64,000 bases of DNA from assembly GCA_905178155.1 (NCBI GenBank), contig CAJINV010000029.1, forward strand, positions 127,863-191,862, written 5' to 3'. The notes below the pieces were generated by a model. It was not told where the DNA came from. It searched no databases and saw nothing but the letters and a program-made list of their open reading frames with translations. Positions 20,143-33,401 of this stretch are shown piece after piece (the stretch's first letter is position 1; each line of letters begins with the position of its first letter). Made by a program: the position numbers and the translations under genes. The stretch comes from Amoebophrya sp. A120. Taxonomy: Eukaryota > Protista > Dinoflagellata.

Positions 20143-23100
20143 ATGTCGAACAGCAACACAAATTTTCAACAGAATAACTACCAGCAGCCGCCTGCTGTTA
20201 ACGTCGGCGCGAAGAATTATGCGCCAGGAGCTGCGGGAACAAAACGCAAAGGCTTTCCCCAAAGCAGCAGCTTCTCGTCTTTTTCCACATCGATCTGCAA
20301 AAGGCAGCAAGAAAGGTATTTTTTGGATACGCCGTAGTTGGTTTTGCTCCACAGGGACTCTTTATTTTCAAAAAAAAGCATTGGAATTGCCCGCCATTGA
20401 CGATGATGCTGCTGAATTGATGTAGGCTGAAAAATACACGAGGCGTCGTGGAGATTTCAAAGACATACTTTCTAGCGGGGTCGTGCAACTAGACGTAGAG
20501 CAGTAGCATAGGACTAAAAAGCAAAATCCCAGAGGGATGAAGTAGTTTGCTTTTCTTTCAGGGCGTATTCCTCAACCAACGAACTCTTTCAGGTCGTACA
20601 AGCACAAGAAACGACCTCCACATGGGCGTCCCTTCAGCAGCAGGAGCGCCAGCAGCTCGAAAATATCCGCCCGGGTTGTCGCCGAGAATGAGTTAGGGCG
20701 GAAATGACAAATCAAACTTCAAAAATATGAGAAACTACATCAGCAGCTATGGAGACTACACGATGAATAAATTTTCGAGCCCGTGCAAGAGCCTTGCTGC
20801 TGGTCGTGTAACTGCGAAGAATTCTTCATCTCCCTCCTTCAGAAGCGAAGCCGTGCAGCCTGTACGCTACTACACAGGTGGTCGTGTAGAAGAGGATCAA
20901 CACGAGCTGGGCCGCTGCTCCAGCTTCCGATTGGATTATAAAAAAATAAAAAGCAAGTATCCAGTGCAATTATGTATGGGTCTGGAAAAGTGCAGAGTTT
21001 GTCATGCAGGTTCTGCATGCGCCCGAAGGTCTGGAATACAGAGGCGAGCATCACAGTAGCTTATGTGAAAGCATTGCAATGCCTACTCAGCATGGTAAGA
21101 AGTCCTCTCTCAGTGTGGCCAAAAATGGAAGCATTTGCTGTTTGCGTATGGCAGCGTTTTGTGTACCTGAAAAAGAGCATCACGAGTCTGCATTCTTCCG
21201 GGCCCAGACATATTTGCACTTGATACCCAGGTCCGTCGCTTCTGACAGTAGCACAACTGGCAGTGGGAGCCGCGCGAGGAGAGGCTGCAAGGGACCACTA
21301 ACATCTGCAGGAGAGAAAAATGGCGAATCTTCAGTGCAGCCACCGACGTCTCGCAGTTGTCTGGCCAGTACTTCTAAGACGAGGCTGGCAAACCAGTGAC
21401 AAAAGCGCGCTTGCTAACGATGGACCAGCTCCCCCTGCCAGTGCGCTGGAGATGATGAAATTGATGAAACCACAGCCAGATCGCGCGCGAAAGTATAGCA
21501 AGCTGCTGCAATATCTGCCCCTCGAACCACGAAACGCGATCAGCCGATGAACATCAATCAGCTGCCGCACCCGAGCGCCAGCGCGGCACGAGCGCAGCTT
21601 CATCTTCCTCCAAATGCAATGACAGTTACTCCGCTTCGCTAAACGAGTTTGTGAAGCGACAAACCTTGAAGGTCTTTTTGTGCACGCAGTCGGAGCCATG
21701 GACCAGTGTCGGTCAAGTGCACGCGGCCAGTGATAGTCCACTTTTCGGAGGTGGTAGTGGCTTTTCTGCTGTGCGGAATTATAAAAGCGGCAGCTTCAGT
21801 TTGCTGCAGCAAGCCGGCGGTGCTGGAGCGGCGCAACAGGTGCCAGGAGGTGAAGGTGGAGAAAACAACCTTTCCGCAGCTGCAACGGCTTCAGCAGATG
21901 AACGCACAGCATCCAGGTGGTTCTTCTATGCACAACCAGCCACATGGAAACATGCCGGTCGGCCGGGCGGAGCATCACCCAACGCAGACGGCACACGGCA
22001 ACCACCAGCGCTATGGGGTGGCCAAGCGTTACCTTTTCAGCTGTTGCATGGATGGATTTGTCATGCAAAATTATCATCAGCATGTACGGGGAAAAGCTGC
22101 TTTGCATGACAAGTTGCTGAAGTGTAAATAGCATGGAAATGCGGTCCACATTTGCAATGCAAGAGCGGCAGGGTGCTCCTGGTCAGTTTTGCTACTCTTG
22201 CATTACAAATTCATGTAAAAGCTGAGAATGTAACACTTGAGAACGCCATAAGCACTTGAATTGTGGTGGTGGTGGTGGTAGTCACATGACCCGAGCGGGG
22301 CGTGGCGGGGAACGGGAACAGCCTGAACGTGGTGGGCACAATAACTACCGCGGAGACCTCCAGCAGCACCGCACTCATCGCGATGAGCAGCGCGGCTTGG
22401 AGCAGCAGCACCACGCGCAACAGCAACAAGGTAGAAGCTATGGCTACCAGGGCGGCCACAACCCGGGTGCTCCTGGTCGACCACATCAGCGGGCCGCATT
22501 CTGAGTCTGCACGGAGTATCAAAGTGCCGATGCCGGTGCAGCCATCGATGCTGCCGCGGAAGCAAGAGGTATATACTACGTTGGCTCCAGTCTGTCATGC
22601 AAAATCTTGCATTGGAGGTGCGTCAACGTCTATGGTGGATTTGCAAGAGAAGCGTGCAAAAACTTCTTAAGATTTATTATTCCGAAAAGTAGGAATCGAT
22701 CGCAATACTAAACGGGTTGACCTGGAGCGGGAGGCTTTGCCCCCCCAGCAGCACACAATCAACATCTTCTCAACCCGCCCCCGCGGTTCGGCACTCCGGG
22801 GTACAACAACCCGAATGTGGTGAACAACAGTAGCACTTCTTGTCCTCTATCGCAGCAGCAGAAAGCCTGCTCTCCGATGCAACAGCCCGTTTTGACGTTG
22901 CCGCAGGTTTCTCCTGTTGGGGCAGTTGTCCCGGATTTGAACGTGCACGCATCGACACTACCCCCGCAGCAGCGGAAATTCTCAAACGTGTCCAAAACTC
23001 CTCCGATCGGCCCGCCGCCCCCGGCGCCGCCTTGCTTGACCCAGCATCCGCCGCCATCGAGGGTAAGTATTGTTGCCGCCGGAACAACTGTTGGCACGGT

Positions 23101-26100
23101 CAATTTGAACCAACAGGGAAGTTGTAGTGCGGCGGGTGGTCCAGGTCCGGTGCCGCCGAGCAACTCCACCTGTGGACAGCAGCAGCAGCAGGGGACGAAC
23201 AATACGAACAACAGCAATTTGCTTGATTGTGCCTTGAACAGCACCTCCCAGGGGATGTTGTGGACCACGGACCCGACTACCGCCCAGCCGCCGGCTCTGC
23301 CGCCGCCGGGTCTGGGGTTGGAAGTCGAATTTCCGACGAAAATGGGACTGCCCGGGAATGCGAGTATGGCAACATGATGGTAGAACAGCAGCACGCCCCT
23401 GACCAGAACTGGACTTCTGCGACTGGAGGTTCTTTGCTGAATAACTCTAATGCGAACCCTCCGAACCCGCCACCGAACTACAACCAGCAACAAGTTTCTG
23501 CCAATACCACTTACGGGGGCCAGGCTTTCAACGAGATGGAACAACAGCATCAAAATCTCCAACAGCCGCATGTTGATACGATGAGCCCCTCCTCCTGCAA
23601 CCCTCCGTATTACCCGCTGCCGCCGGATGATAATCTCAACACGATGCAGCTAAGCTCTTGCCACGACGACCTTCATGAGAATGAAAAAAGCCTCAAAATC
23701 GACAACGAGGTGCTGGAAGCGGCGAAGATCCACGACGAAAATTTGACCTCGAGTGAGGACAAGCACTTAGACATGCTGATATGGCGTTCTCAAACGTTAC
23801 ATTCTCAACTGATGTTACATGATTTGTCATGCAAAATGAGCATCAACATACATTCACACAGTGAAGCTACTTCGCATGACAAATGTTGGAAAGGCTAAAC
23901 AGAGCCTAAATCTGTGCGGAATTTGTAATGCTACATGTGCAACCTCCATTCTTGGTCTTTTGCCATTCTTGCATTACAAATTTATGTAACAGTTGAGAAT
24001 GTAACGTTTGAGAACTGCATAGCTGAACACGTTTACCTACACGCGCGACCAGATGCTTCACCTTCGTTCTTACTGTGACTTGGGCGAAAATGATGACAGC
24101 ACGCGTTACAAGCTGCTCACGACCGTGGACGGACCGCCGATGCCAGGCTTCGGTTGTCGAAAGAAGGAAAAGCAAGAAAGGAAATTGCTAGCGGAGCAGG
24201 AGCAACTGGCAGCGAGTGCCGCGGCCGTGCGCAAGCAGGTCGAGAAAATGGATTACGCGTTATTGTCGGGCCCTCCTACTATTGGACAGCATGGTCCACC
24301 GCTGCCGTGTACAACAACTGCAAATACCTTGCAACTGCCTTATCACAGCCATAGTAGCCAACAGCGTCAGCGGTACTACTCTCACGGAGCTGGTTCGGCG
24401 TTTTTGGATCAACCGCCGACGTTGCCGCAGCAATTGCAGCATCTCCGGGGCGGTGCTAATATGGCCGGGCATAATCAAGGGCAACACTACAACTCCCGCG
24501 AGCGCGAGCATAGCAGTCTCCGGACGGATCAGTATCACCGCGATCAACGGGCCGCGCATCAGCCTTATAATGAGCAGCGGCACAATGTTCCTGGTGATCT
24601 GCATCATCGTCGCCAGCAGTACAACAACCCGAGTGATCAACGTCGTGGGTACAGCAATCCACCTAACTACAGCCAACACATTCCCCCGCCGCATCTTCAG
24701 TCGAGACATGTGCCTGTGCCTGCTCCCCCGCAACATCACCAATCCCAGCATCATGTCGCGCAATCTGTGTACAATGCAGCTTACAATGGTCAACAACAGT
24801 ACTACGTGAACAAAACGCACACTGGTCCGGGGACGGCGCCCGCGCCAGGCTGCGGGTACAACAACCAGCAGCCGTTGCACAGCGGCCCGCCAGGAGCCCA
24901 GTCCCATCATGCGCCGCATGGTGGCCTTCCTGGTAACCCGCCGCGGTTTCAGCAGATGAGCGCACATAATATGCACAACCAGCCGCAGGGCAACTCGCCC
25001 GTCGGCCGGGCGGAGCATCACGCGATGCAAATGGCACATGGCAGCCGGCATTTGGGTGGTCACATGACGCCTGCGGCAGGACGTGGCGGAGAGCGGGACC
25101 GCGAACTATCAATTGCAAATATGTCTGGGTCTGGGAGATTGCGACATTTGTCATGCTAGTCTGGCATGACTCTGAACTTTGTATTGCGTGGCCGCGAAGC
25201 GCTCCTCCTCCCTGTCATGCAAAAACGCTGCTTCTCATGGGAGATACGCAACTCAGAACCATGAAAAAAACTTGTCATGCTTGGCAGCGCATTACAGTGA
25301 AATCACTATAATTATCTTCCTTGCATCACAAGCTTCCAGACCCAGACGTATTTGCATTTGATACGAACGTGGGGGACACCATTACCGCGGAGACCAGCAG
25401 CAGCAGCAGCAGCAGCACATTCATCGCGGTGAGCAGCGCGGTTTGGACCACCATCACGCGCAACAGCAACAAGGTGCCAGCAGCTATGGCTACCAGGTCG
25501 GCAACAACCCGGGTGGTGTTTCTGGTCAACAACATCAACCCAGCGCCCACACGCCGTATGCTGGATCAGGACGGAATATCAAATTGCCGAAGCCAGTGCA
25601 GCCACCGATGCTGCCGCGGAAGCAAGAGGTATGCACTTGCGTCATTCCAGTTTGTCATGCAAAGTTTATTATTGCATCGGTGGGTAAAGGTCTATGGTGG
25701 ATTCGCAAGAGCAGTAGTATGATTTCTGAAATTTTCAATTTTTGAATACCGATTCTTGCAATACAAAACAGCTCGACCTGCCCGCGCCTCCTCCGCCGCC
25801 ACTGCAGCACGCTGAACAGCCCTCAGCCTCTTCGAACAACCGCATGGGAGCTGGACAACAGGCCGCTGCGTCGTCTTATCAGGTCGGAGTACAGCCTGCT
25901 GGTGGTGTTTCAGTGCACCAGCAGCAGCACGTGACCTCCACTGGGCGTGGTCCTCACGGTCAACACCCGACGCACCAAATGAACCGCGCCCAACAAGTTG
26001 GGGTTTCGCCGGCCGAGCCATTGGACGATACCGCGGAAACCAAGGACGGCTTCACTCCCAGAAGCGAATATGGGGAAGATGACTACAGGTATGAAGTTTG

Positions 26101-28517
26101 TAATATGTAGCCATGCATGATCACAGATGTGCATCGTGTATCTACTTCATGACCTGACTCAACAGCATGACAGAAGATTTACGATTTTGACTTCTTGAAA
26201 CCATTTGTGACGCAATTACTACTAGATGACCGACAAAATGCGTAATAGCATTTATTTATTTTATCACTACCCAAACAGCGACAATTACGACAATCTCTCC
26301 GATGGCGTCCCCATGGGTGGCGACTACACCAACACCCCGCTGCACCACGAACTGATGCACGACGGTCGCGGCGCTTTAGCCGGGAACTTGCAAAACCTGA
26401 ACTCCGGCAGCAAGCGTTTGTTCAACAGCAAGGCTGATGGGTCTTGTCAGGAACACGTGCCGTTTGAGGGTTTGGTGTCGAAATCCCGCGAGCAGAGCTC
26501 CACCCCGGGGCCGCACAGCGGTAGTTCATCGGCTGCTTCCGCTGATTGCAGTTCTGGTGGGAAGAATACCAAACAAGCGACGTTTCTAGAAGGTGCCCAA
26601 CAATTACCTAGTGAGCCGCAGAATATCAACCCCGACGCGATTGGGAGTTCTGGCACGAATTCGTCCATGGCCGCCGCTGGTTATCCTGGGCAAAAGTATC
26701 GTACTCGTAGTAATCGCAGGTATGCATTACAAATCTCCATCCCAAGGTAAAACAGCGTGACAAATTCCATTTGTCATGCTGAGCTTGTATTGCAATTCCT
26801 ACTACTACGATACTTTTGCAGTTCATATTGGCCCTCCGATGCTGATTTCCGGTATGAGCCGAGCGAACGCGCAGATCGGGCAATCTAGTACAGCCAACAA
26901 GGCTGCTCCTGCAACGGCTAATGCAGGAGGACTTGCACTTGGAGCGGCAGGTGCAGGCGTATTTGACCAACAGGCGCCCCCGTTTAACGTCGATATGACG
27001 AACCTTGCTCCGCCACCCGCGATGAACAACATGATCCCAGGGAGCGGCTCGGGAATGAACCAGACCGGCCTCCCTGTGCCGCTTTGCGTCTCCAAATCCT
27101 GGGGTCGACACGGCGCGACCAGCCCACCACCGGGCGTTTGCCCGCCGCCGGAGCCGCCACGGGGAATGCTTCCGCCGGGCGTTCTGGGCGGACCGTCGTT
27201 GCTGGTTTCATCTTCGCAGCAACAGGGAAATAACTTTTCTGCTGCAGGAGCAGGTTCTGGTGGTTTTATTGCAGCTGCAGGAAAGCACGGTAGTTGTACT
27301 ACCCCAATGAACAATTCCAGTGACACAAAGTTGCCCTTGCCCCTGCAGAACCCGCATAATTCTGGTAAAGGAGGTCAACAGCAACTGCATTCGAAGCAGC
27401 CGTACGCCGAGCAACAGTACGCCGGTGACGCCAATCCAAGGGATCTCCCGCTTCTACCGTCGGGCGCAATACTATAAACAAGCAGCGGGTGAACAAGCGC
27501 GCGGCTCTGGTTGCGGAGCAGCAGCACAAACTGCCGATTAATTTCTGTTCGCAGCAGTAGCCCCCGCAGCACCAACAACTTCCTGATGTTTACAGCATTC
27601 CGGTCCCCATGCCATCCTCCCGACAGTTGTTGCCTCCAGGAGAAGCCAGTACCGCTGCGATGCAACCCCCTAATACAGCAAGTGCCGCTGTAGTTGAGCA
27701 CCAAGAGCCGGGCCTGTTACCCTTCGCATCGCAACAAGCGCCGACTCTTCCAAGCGCAGGAGCCGCTGGCTCATGCAAAAAGCCTACTAGCAATAATCCC
27801 GCCGCTGCTGCTCAATCCTACCATCAAAGTGCTCCTGTTGGTCAACAGCCGATATCAACAAAGCCGGAAGGCCAGCTGACCATGGAAGTTGGCCAGCATT
27901 TACAGCCAGGTAGCGTGCAGGTTTTGAGTCGCAACCAGTCGACAAGCTACTCACCGGCGGAGAACTCTAGCACTAAAATGACCACGACCTCCGCAGTAGG
28001 AGCACCCCAAGGTGGACCTCCTCCTGCCGTTATTGCTCAGCAACCCCCGCTGCCGGCCAGCATCGGCACTGCAACTACCAGTATTGCCGCCGCTACCTCC
28101 GCGGCACTGACGAAGCAGGACAACTTTCAGATTCCCCAGAATCCACCACCTCCGCCACCAGTAGCTGCAGTTGTTCCAGCGTCGCAGACGCAGACGCAGA
28201 TTATTCATCAACAGAACGACGGTAAGAATAATGTTGTCACCAACGATGAACAACAAGGGAATATTTTGGACGAGTTCGGTGCGGACAATATTTGGACAGC
28301 AGGGGCCGAACTCCTGTGGACAGCAGCAGCAGCAGGTGACGACAGCAATTTAACGTCGAGCGAGGACAAACACTTAGAGATGCGGAACGTGTTCACTTAC
28401 ACGAGGAGCCAGATGCTGCGCCTTCGTTCTTGCTGCGATTTGGGCGAAGATGATGCAGCAACTGGATTGCTGCATTCCGCCGGTGCCGCCGGTTCTGATG
28501 CGTCCGTTCGTGGATAA
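20143..28517 (+). CDS. Multi-exon gene (or two tandem paralogues) for a large disordered Q/N/P/H/G-rich protein with internal duplication and two eIF4E-binding-like motifs
   Basis: Long low-complexity ORFs 23227, 24053, 26226, 26776 and 27609; in-frame joins checked across introners 23780, 25107 and 26682; full exon structure not resolved. Confidence 0.55.
20958..21225. mobile_element. Introner, family A
   Basis: Family A TIRs; flanks GCAAG/CCCAG. Confidence 0.82.
22012..22250. mobile_element. Introner, family G
   Basis: TATGGGGTGGCCAAGCGTTAC / GTAACACTTGAGAACGCCATA; TSD AGCGC/AGCAC. Confidence 0.82.
23780..24021. mobile_element. Introner, family G
   Basis: TATGGCGTTCTCAAACGTTACATTCTCAACTG, near-perfect TIR; perfect TSD GCTGA; the paralogous site at ~28380 is empty. 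Confidence 0.93.
25107..25363. mobile_element. Introner, family A
   Basis: Perfect TSD CGAAC; the paralogous site at ~22325 is empty. Confidence 0.92.
26682..26827. mobile_element. Introner, family C (146 bp)
   Basis: GCAAAAGTATCGTA / TACGATACTTTTGC; flanks CTGGT/TTGGC; join MAAAG|PPMLI. Confidence 0.85.
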
Positions 28518-28547
28518 TGTTGGTCAAAATCAGGCCAACGCTGTCGA

Positions 28548-28847
28548 TATCCAATGCAAACGCGTCTAGGTCTGGAAGATTTCAAGACTTGTCATGCTAC
28601 TTTTCCATGACGATGACCCAGCCAGGACCATGAGGTCTCGGTCTGGCGGGCATGACATAGGATGACGGACTCTACGACATCTTTCTCATGCTTGCCTCTC
28701 CTGCACGAGAAACTTCTTGCTCTTCCTCTCAAATTGTTCCAAAATGGACAGCTTCTGGTAATCATGCAACACAGATTGTTTCACAGTCCCGACTTAGAAT
28801 GACAAGTTCGACGGTTGCAGACCCAGACATCTACTTTGCAATGCATA
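28548..28847. mobile_element. Family A element, diverged
   Basis: Family A TIRs; TSD poorly preserved. Confidence 0.7.
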
Positions 28848-29219
28848 TTCAGCCAGTTTGTGATGCTGGAGCACGATACTGCTGCTGGTAACGATAGCGG
28901 CGCCCGCAATACAGAATCTATGGACCACCCAAAAGCGCACACTTTGAATTCAATTTGATGGAGCAGAACAATCGTAGTGGTTACGCCCGTGCAGCCCCCC
29001 GAGAGCCACTTGATGCCGGGAACACTTGTAGCGATGGTGAGTACGCATGGCAAAGCGACCTGCTGCGCCATGCCCTTGTCTCGACGGTTAGCTCCGGAAG
29101 CTGGTACCGGTCCGATGCAGCCGCCGGCCGTAGGAGCTCCTAATAAAGCAAGTGCCACCAGTGGAGCCTTTTTCCGCGAAAAAATGGTGTTGCGGCCCGG
29201 TGGACCTGTTCCTCGAATT

Positions 29220-29513
29220 TATGCAGTGCCAAGTTGTCTGGGTCTGGATCTGGAAAGATACAAGCTTGTCAGGAGGCTGTCCTCGGATTCCAAAATAAAA
29301 AATCTGTATTGCATGCGCAGCAAAACTAAGTAGTCCAATTTTTGCTACCTGGAGCTGGCATTTCTCATGAGGGATAGGCATGAACGCAAAACCTGCGCAA
29401 TCTCGAGATGCTGGCGCATACGTCAATGATATTGTGGGAGTGGGCCATGCACAATGTGCATGGCAAACGTTGCACCTCTCCAGACCAAGAGATAAACATA
29501 TTTGCAGTGGATA
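29220..29513. mobile_element. Introner, family A
   Basis: TSD GAATT/GAGTT. Confidence 0.82.
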
Positions 29514-30754
29514 GAGTTTGGCCGCTAGCACAACCTGCAGAGCGACCTGGTGGCCCTCCTTGCTGCACGAGCCGCACTGCAAAAGCGGAAGCCAGTCGAT
29601 CAGGAACTTGTCGCTTTGTCGGCGCACGACTTACCTCAGGAAAATGAAACCCCGGCGGATTGCGGCGCTACCCTCAGACTCATCCCATACACAGAACCGC
29701 ACTGGAATTTTGTGACTTGCGTAGGTGGTTGTCGGGGGATTTCTGCACCGTGACAACCTCAATTCTCTCTATGTAGTGGGCACAAGAAAAAACTAATGTT
29801 AATACAAAGCCACTACCCTCTGTCCCCCTGTTATTGAGTTCTACCCATCTTATCGCTCGTATGTGTCGCGTTCGGCGCGACTGCAGGAGAAACGAAGCAT
29901 CTACTTTGGCGAAGCTTCTAGTTGTAGTTCTACCAAAAAAAATGTTTTTCTGAGCTTCGCCCCCTGTACGTATCTTCAACCAGAACGAAGCACAAACCTG
30001 ATCGACGAAAATTAGTTACTGAAGCCGCAATGCTTACGCTTCACGAATATCAGCAGCACTGCTCCAGTGGCAACGCTGCAGAGTTTTGTTTACAGTACTG
30101 GCCAGACCAGCGTGGCCAATGCTGCAGAGTTTTGTTTACAGTACTGGCCAGACCAGCGTCCTATCGGTCTCCGGCTGGGCTGCACATAGGTAGGGCGCGG
30201 TGTGGGGGCACGCCTTCTTGCCTTGTCCCTGTCCGTCTTTCTAGGGTCGGGGCTGGTGGCTTAGGATGCCCGAAATGAAGCAACCCCGCTACCCGGCCGG
30301 CCCCTTGGCTCTTTGACATGCCATGGCGCGCCGCCGGAATGCAAGCGCAACGGGGAACAGGAGCAGTACTGGGATCCATGTTGCGACGACGCCGCAGCTA
30401 GCTGATCTGCTAGCTGCGCTGCCCCGTGATTGTGTGGTCGGTCCCTGCGAGGAGATCATGAGAGAGGTGACGCTCTTGGTTGCGTGCCAGGGCGAGGTCG
30501 CATCTACAAACGAGATGCTTGGTCCGTGGCATCTACAAACAAAATGGCGCAACTGCAATGGAAATCCTTAATCTTTCCATTCTCCTAATGAACAGATCGC
30601 CCCCGCCGAAGCACGCGCCTACGGTCCCGAGCCGTATGATGGTTCCCTCCCGGATGTAGAACATGTCCACAAGCTGATGTGTGGCTGGATTCCGCAGAAG
30701 TACGTGGACGAAGCTGCAACCATCGTCAAAAAAACCAAACTATGGAAAACGCGC

Positions 30755-31045
30755 TATCACTTGAAAATATTTTTGGGTCTGGAAGACGAAGATTTCCAAC
30801 TTGTAGCGCGTGCTCTGGACGACGAGGCGTTTAAATTTGTATTGCATGAAAACCAAAGTCACCCAATGAATTTGTGCTGCACACACAAGGATAAGGAACT
30901 GATCACGCGGAATAGGCATCTTCAAGAGGCCTCGGCAAAGCCTGTGTTGCATGCTTTTCCGTGCATTCGAGACCATGCGTGTCATCCAGCAGACGCATTA
31001 GAAGCAAGATCATTCTCCCAGGCCCAGGCATGTTTGCAATGCATA
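30755..31045. mobile_element. Introner, family A
   Basis: TSD CGCGC/CTCGC. Confidence 0.82.
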
Positions 31046-31112
31046 CTCGCGCTGCTGTTATAAAAGCGGAGCAGCTCAGGAGGGCAAAGGGGAACAAGTC
31101 CGACGCAGTTGG

Positions 31113-31555
31113 TATGCAATGCAAAAGGGTCGCATCCGTATGATTCGCATAACAAATTGCCTCAAGAAGAACACTGCGGCGTGTCTATCATTTGTAAAAA
31201 GGTCCCCACCCCATGCTTGTAATGAAATTTTGCATGCTGAAGATGATGTTTCTCATGCAAAGCCCCATAAGAAGCATTTTCTATTCGTATTTCGGAATTT
31301 GTCATGCTCCAATCAGAATGATATGCCGCAGTTGTGATGCTGGCGAACTAGCTAAACAGGATTACACTACGAAGCCAAACTTCTCATGCGCAACACCCAA
31401 GCCTTGTGGATTTGTCTAGCAGATATCCATTTTGACTCTTGTGCGGGGACGTTTTTACTCCGGATAGTGTCATGGAGGGACAGGGAGGAAGGCGGGATCT
31501 CTCATGCATGATTCTGGTTAGTCTTAGTATGATCGCGATGCTTTTGCAGTGGATA
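31113..31555. mobile_element. Family C element hosting a nested family B element
   Basis: TATGCAATGCAAAAGGGTCGC / GCGATGCTTTTGCAGTGGATA; TSD not preserved. Confidence 0.65.
31186..31466. mobile_element. Family B element, nested
   Basis: GTAAAAAGGTCCCCAC / GGGGACGTTTTTAC; perfect TSD GTGTC. Confidence 0.88.
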
Positions 31556-32635
31556 GGCAAACGCGTGGAACAATCGGAGACCCTCGACGCAAGCGAAAGG
31601 TAAGCGAGCACCACTCACTATCTTTACATCTTGCATTGAGCGCGCACCTCTACTAAACTTTTTAACTACATCCTGTCGAAATCGAGAATCAAAGAAAGCA
31701 CTTATGACTTTTCGTAAGTGTCTGCGTCGGCGTGCTTCTGCCTTTTCGTAAGTAACCGGCCTGACCTTAGTACTGTCACAGTAAACGAAGACGTAAATAG
31801 CCGGCCTGACCTTAGTACTTCTGAGGCAGCGCTGCGAGCGCCCTGCCTGTAGGTGTAGGTAGTGGCAAAGGCATGGACGAAGAAAAATTTCAGCACGACC
31901 AGCGAGGAGAAGGGCAGGGCTAGTGCCACTCTTCAGAAGTCACACGCTCGCTGCTTCTTGTGTTTTGACTAGTACCACTCTTCAGAAGTCGCTCGCTGCT
32001 TCTTGTGCTTTGACACCAAAGATCTAACACATCTATCATTGCGATGCGTACTACGTTTTTTGATTTGAGCGTGGCTGCAGCATGCGATGAATAGTACGCG
32101 GCGACTGTCGCTGCCAACTAACACACACGCTTGCAGATGATAAAATTTTGAAGGCGCTCCCTGCCTTGTGCAGGATTGATCCAGCAGCTCGATGAACGTA
32201 TATAAAAAATGGAGAACTTCTGCTTCATTGCCACACAATGCAAAAAAAAACTCTACTTCCCAAGGTCCCACCGGCGGCGGCGACATTGCGGGCGGGCGGG
32301 GTGGTCTGTTCGGTTTCTTGTGGTGCCGGTACCTGGGAAGCAACGGACCCCGACCAGTGTCTCATGAATCGAGCCCGACACGGGGCCCTCTTCAACGAAC
32401 CACTCGCTTCGCGATGTGCTGAAAGTTTAAAACTTTGGAACTTTGCATCGAGAAAGAGAATTGTGGGCCGAGACCTGGAACTTTGCATCGAGAAAGAGAA
32501 TTGTGAACCGAGACCGAGGGGAGACTAGTGCGACCGGGGGCGCGAGCGCTTTCCCCACGCGCTTTCGCTTTGATGCCTTCCCTCGCGCGCTGGGAGGGAG
32601 CCGCGCTGCCTTCCCCATCGACCTACCCGCCGGCG

Positions 32636-33285
32636 TTTTCGCACTTGAATGGCGCCGGCGTTTCTTTGCTGGTGTTTTCGCACTTGAATCGCTGGGGGTG
32701 CTTTTTGTTTTCTCGTCGGTGGGCTTTTCCATGTGCCTCGCACGCAATTAACCCTGCGCGCGCCCACAGGACGAGGATGGCGCGCGGTGTTCCTTTGCTC
32801 CCCGCGCCCCGTTTTCTCTGGTCGGTGCGGCCGGGGAGCCCTACCATCTACGCAACCACAGCCGGCGCAAGCGTCTGCGCATCGGCATTTTCGCACTTGA
32901 ATGGCGCGGGTGTTTCTTGGCCTTTGTTTTCGCACTTGAATCGTGGGGGTGTTTCCGCTTTATTGTCTTCAGCGCTGGGCCTGGGCCTTGCCCTACTATC
33001 AAGAAGTCGTGTTGCCTGCTGCGGCTGGTTTCACCATTGGCAGAACCACGGTCGGCAGCCGCGGGCCGTGGCGCTGGCGTTTTCGCACTTGAATGGCGCC
33101 GATCTTTCTTTGCCAATGTTTTCGCACTTGAATGGCCTCGGTGTTTTTTTGCTTCCTCACCGCTTCGGCCTGTTCGCCGTCACTCCTACTTTGCTCAGAA
33201 CCAGTCTGCGCGCGGAAAGGCAGTCGCGCAAGTGATTTCCAGCAGAAAATCGCTTGCATTTTTGCCGTTGAATGGCGCCGGTGTT
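32636..33285 (+). repeat. Dispersed direct repeats of TTTTCGCACTTGAAT (6 exact copies in 3 pairs spaced 39 bp, plus 1 variant)
   Basis: Copies at ~32636, 32675, 32888, 32927, 33080, 33119; variant at ~33260. Confidence 0.88.
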
Positions 33286-33401
33286 TTTGGTGTTTTTCTT
33301 TCACAACACACCAAAAAAAATTTTTCGGCCCTGCGGGGCTATCTTTTTTTTGCGGTGTGATTTCCCTCCTGAATGAGAAACGCGCACTCTACGGCGACCC
33401 G

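Larger units (their letters stand above)
28900..31600 (+). pseudogene. Possible degenerate multi-exon gene
   Basis: Protein-like fragments (VDLFLEFGR*HNLQSDLVALL, ADLLAALPRDCVVGPC, MCGWIPQKYVDEAATIVKKTKLWKTR|AAVIKAEQ) with in-frame stops and small duplications. Confidence 0.3.
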
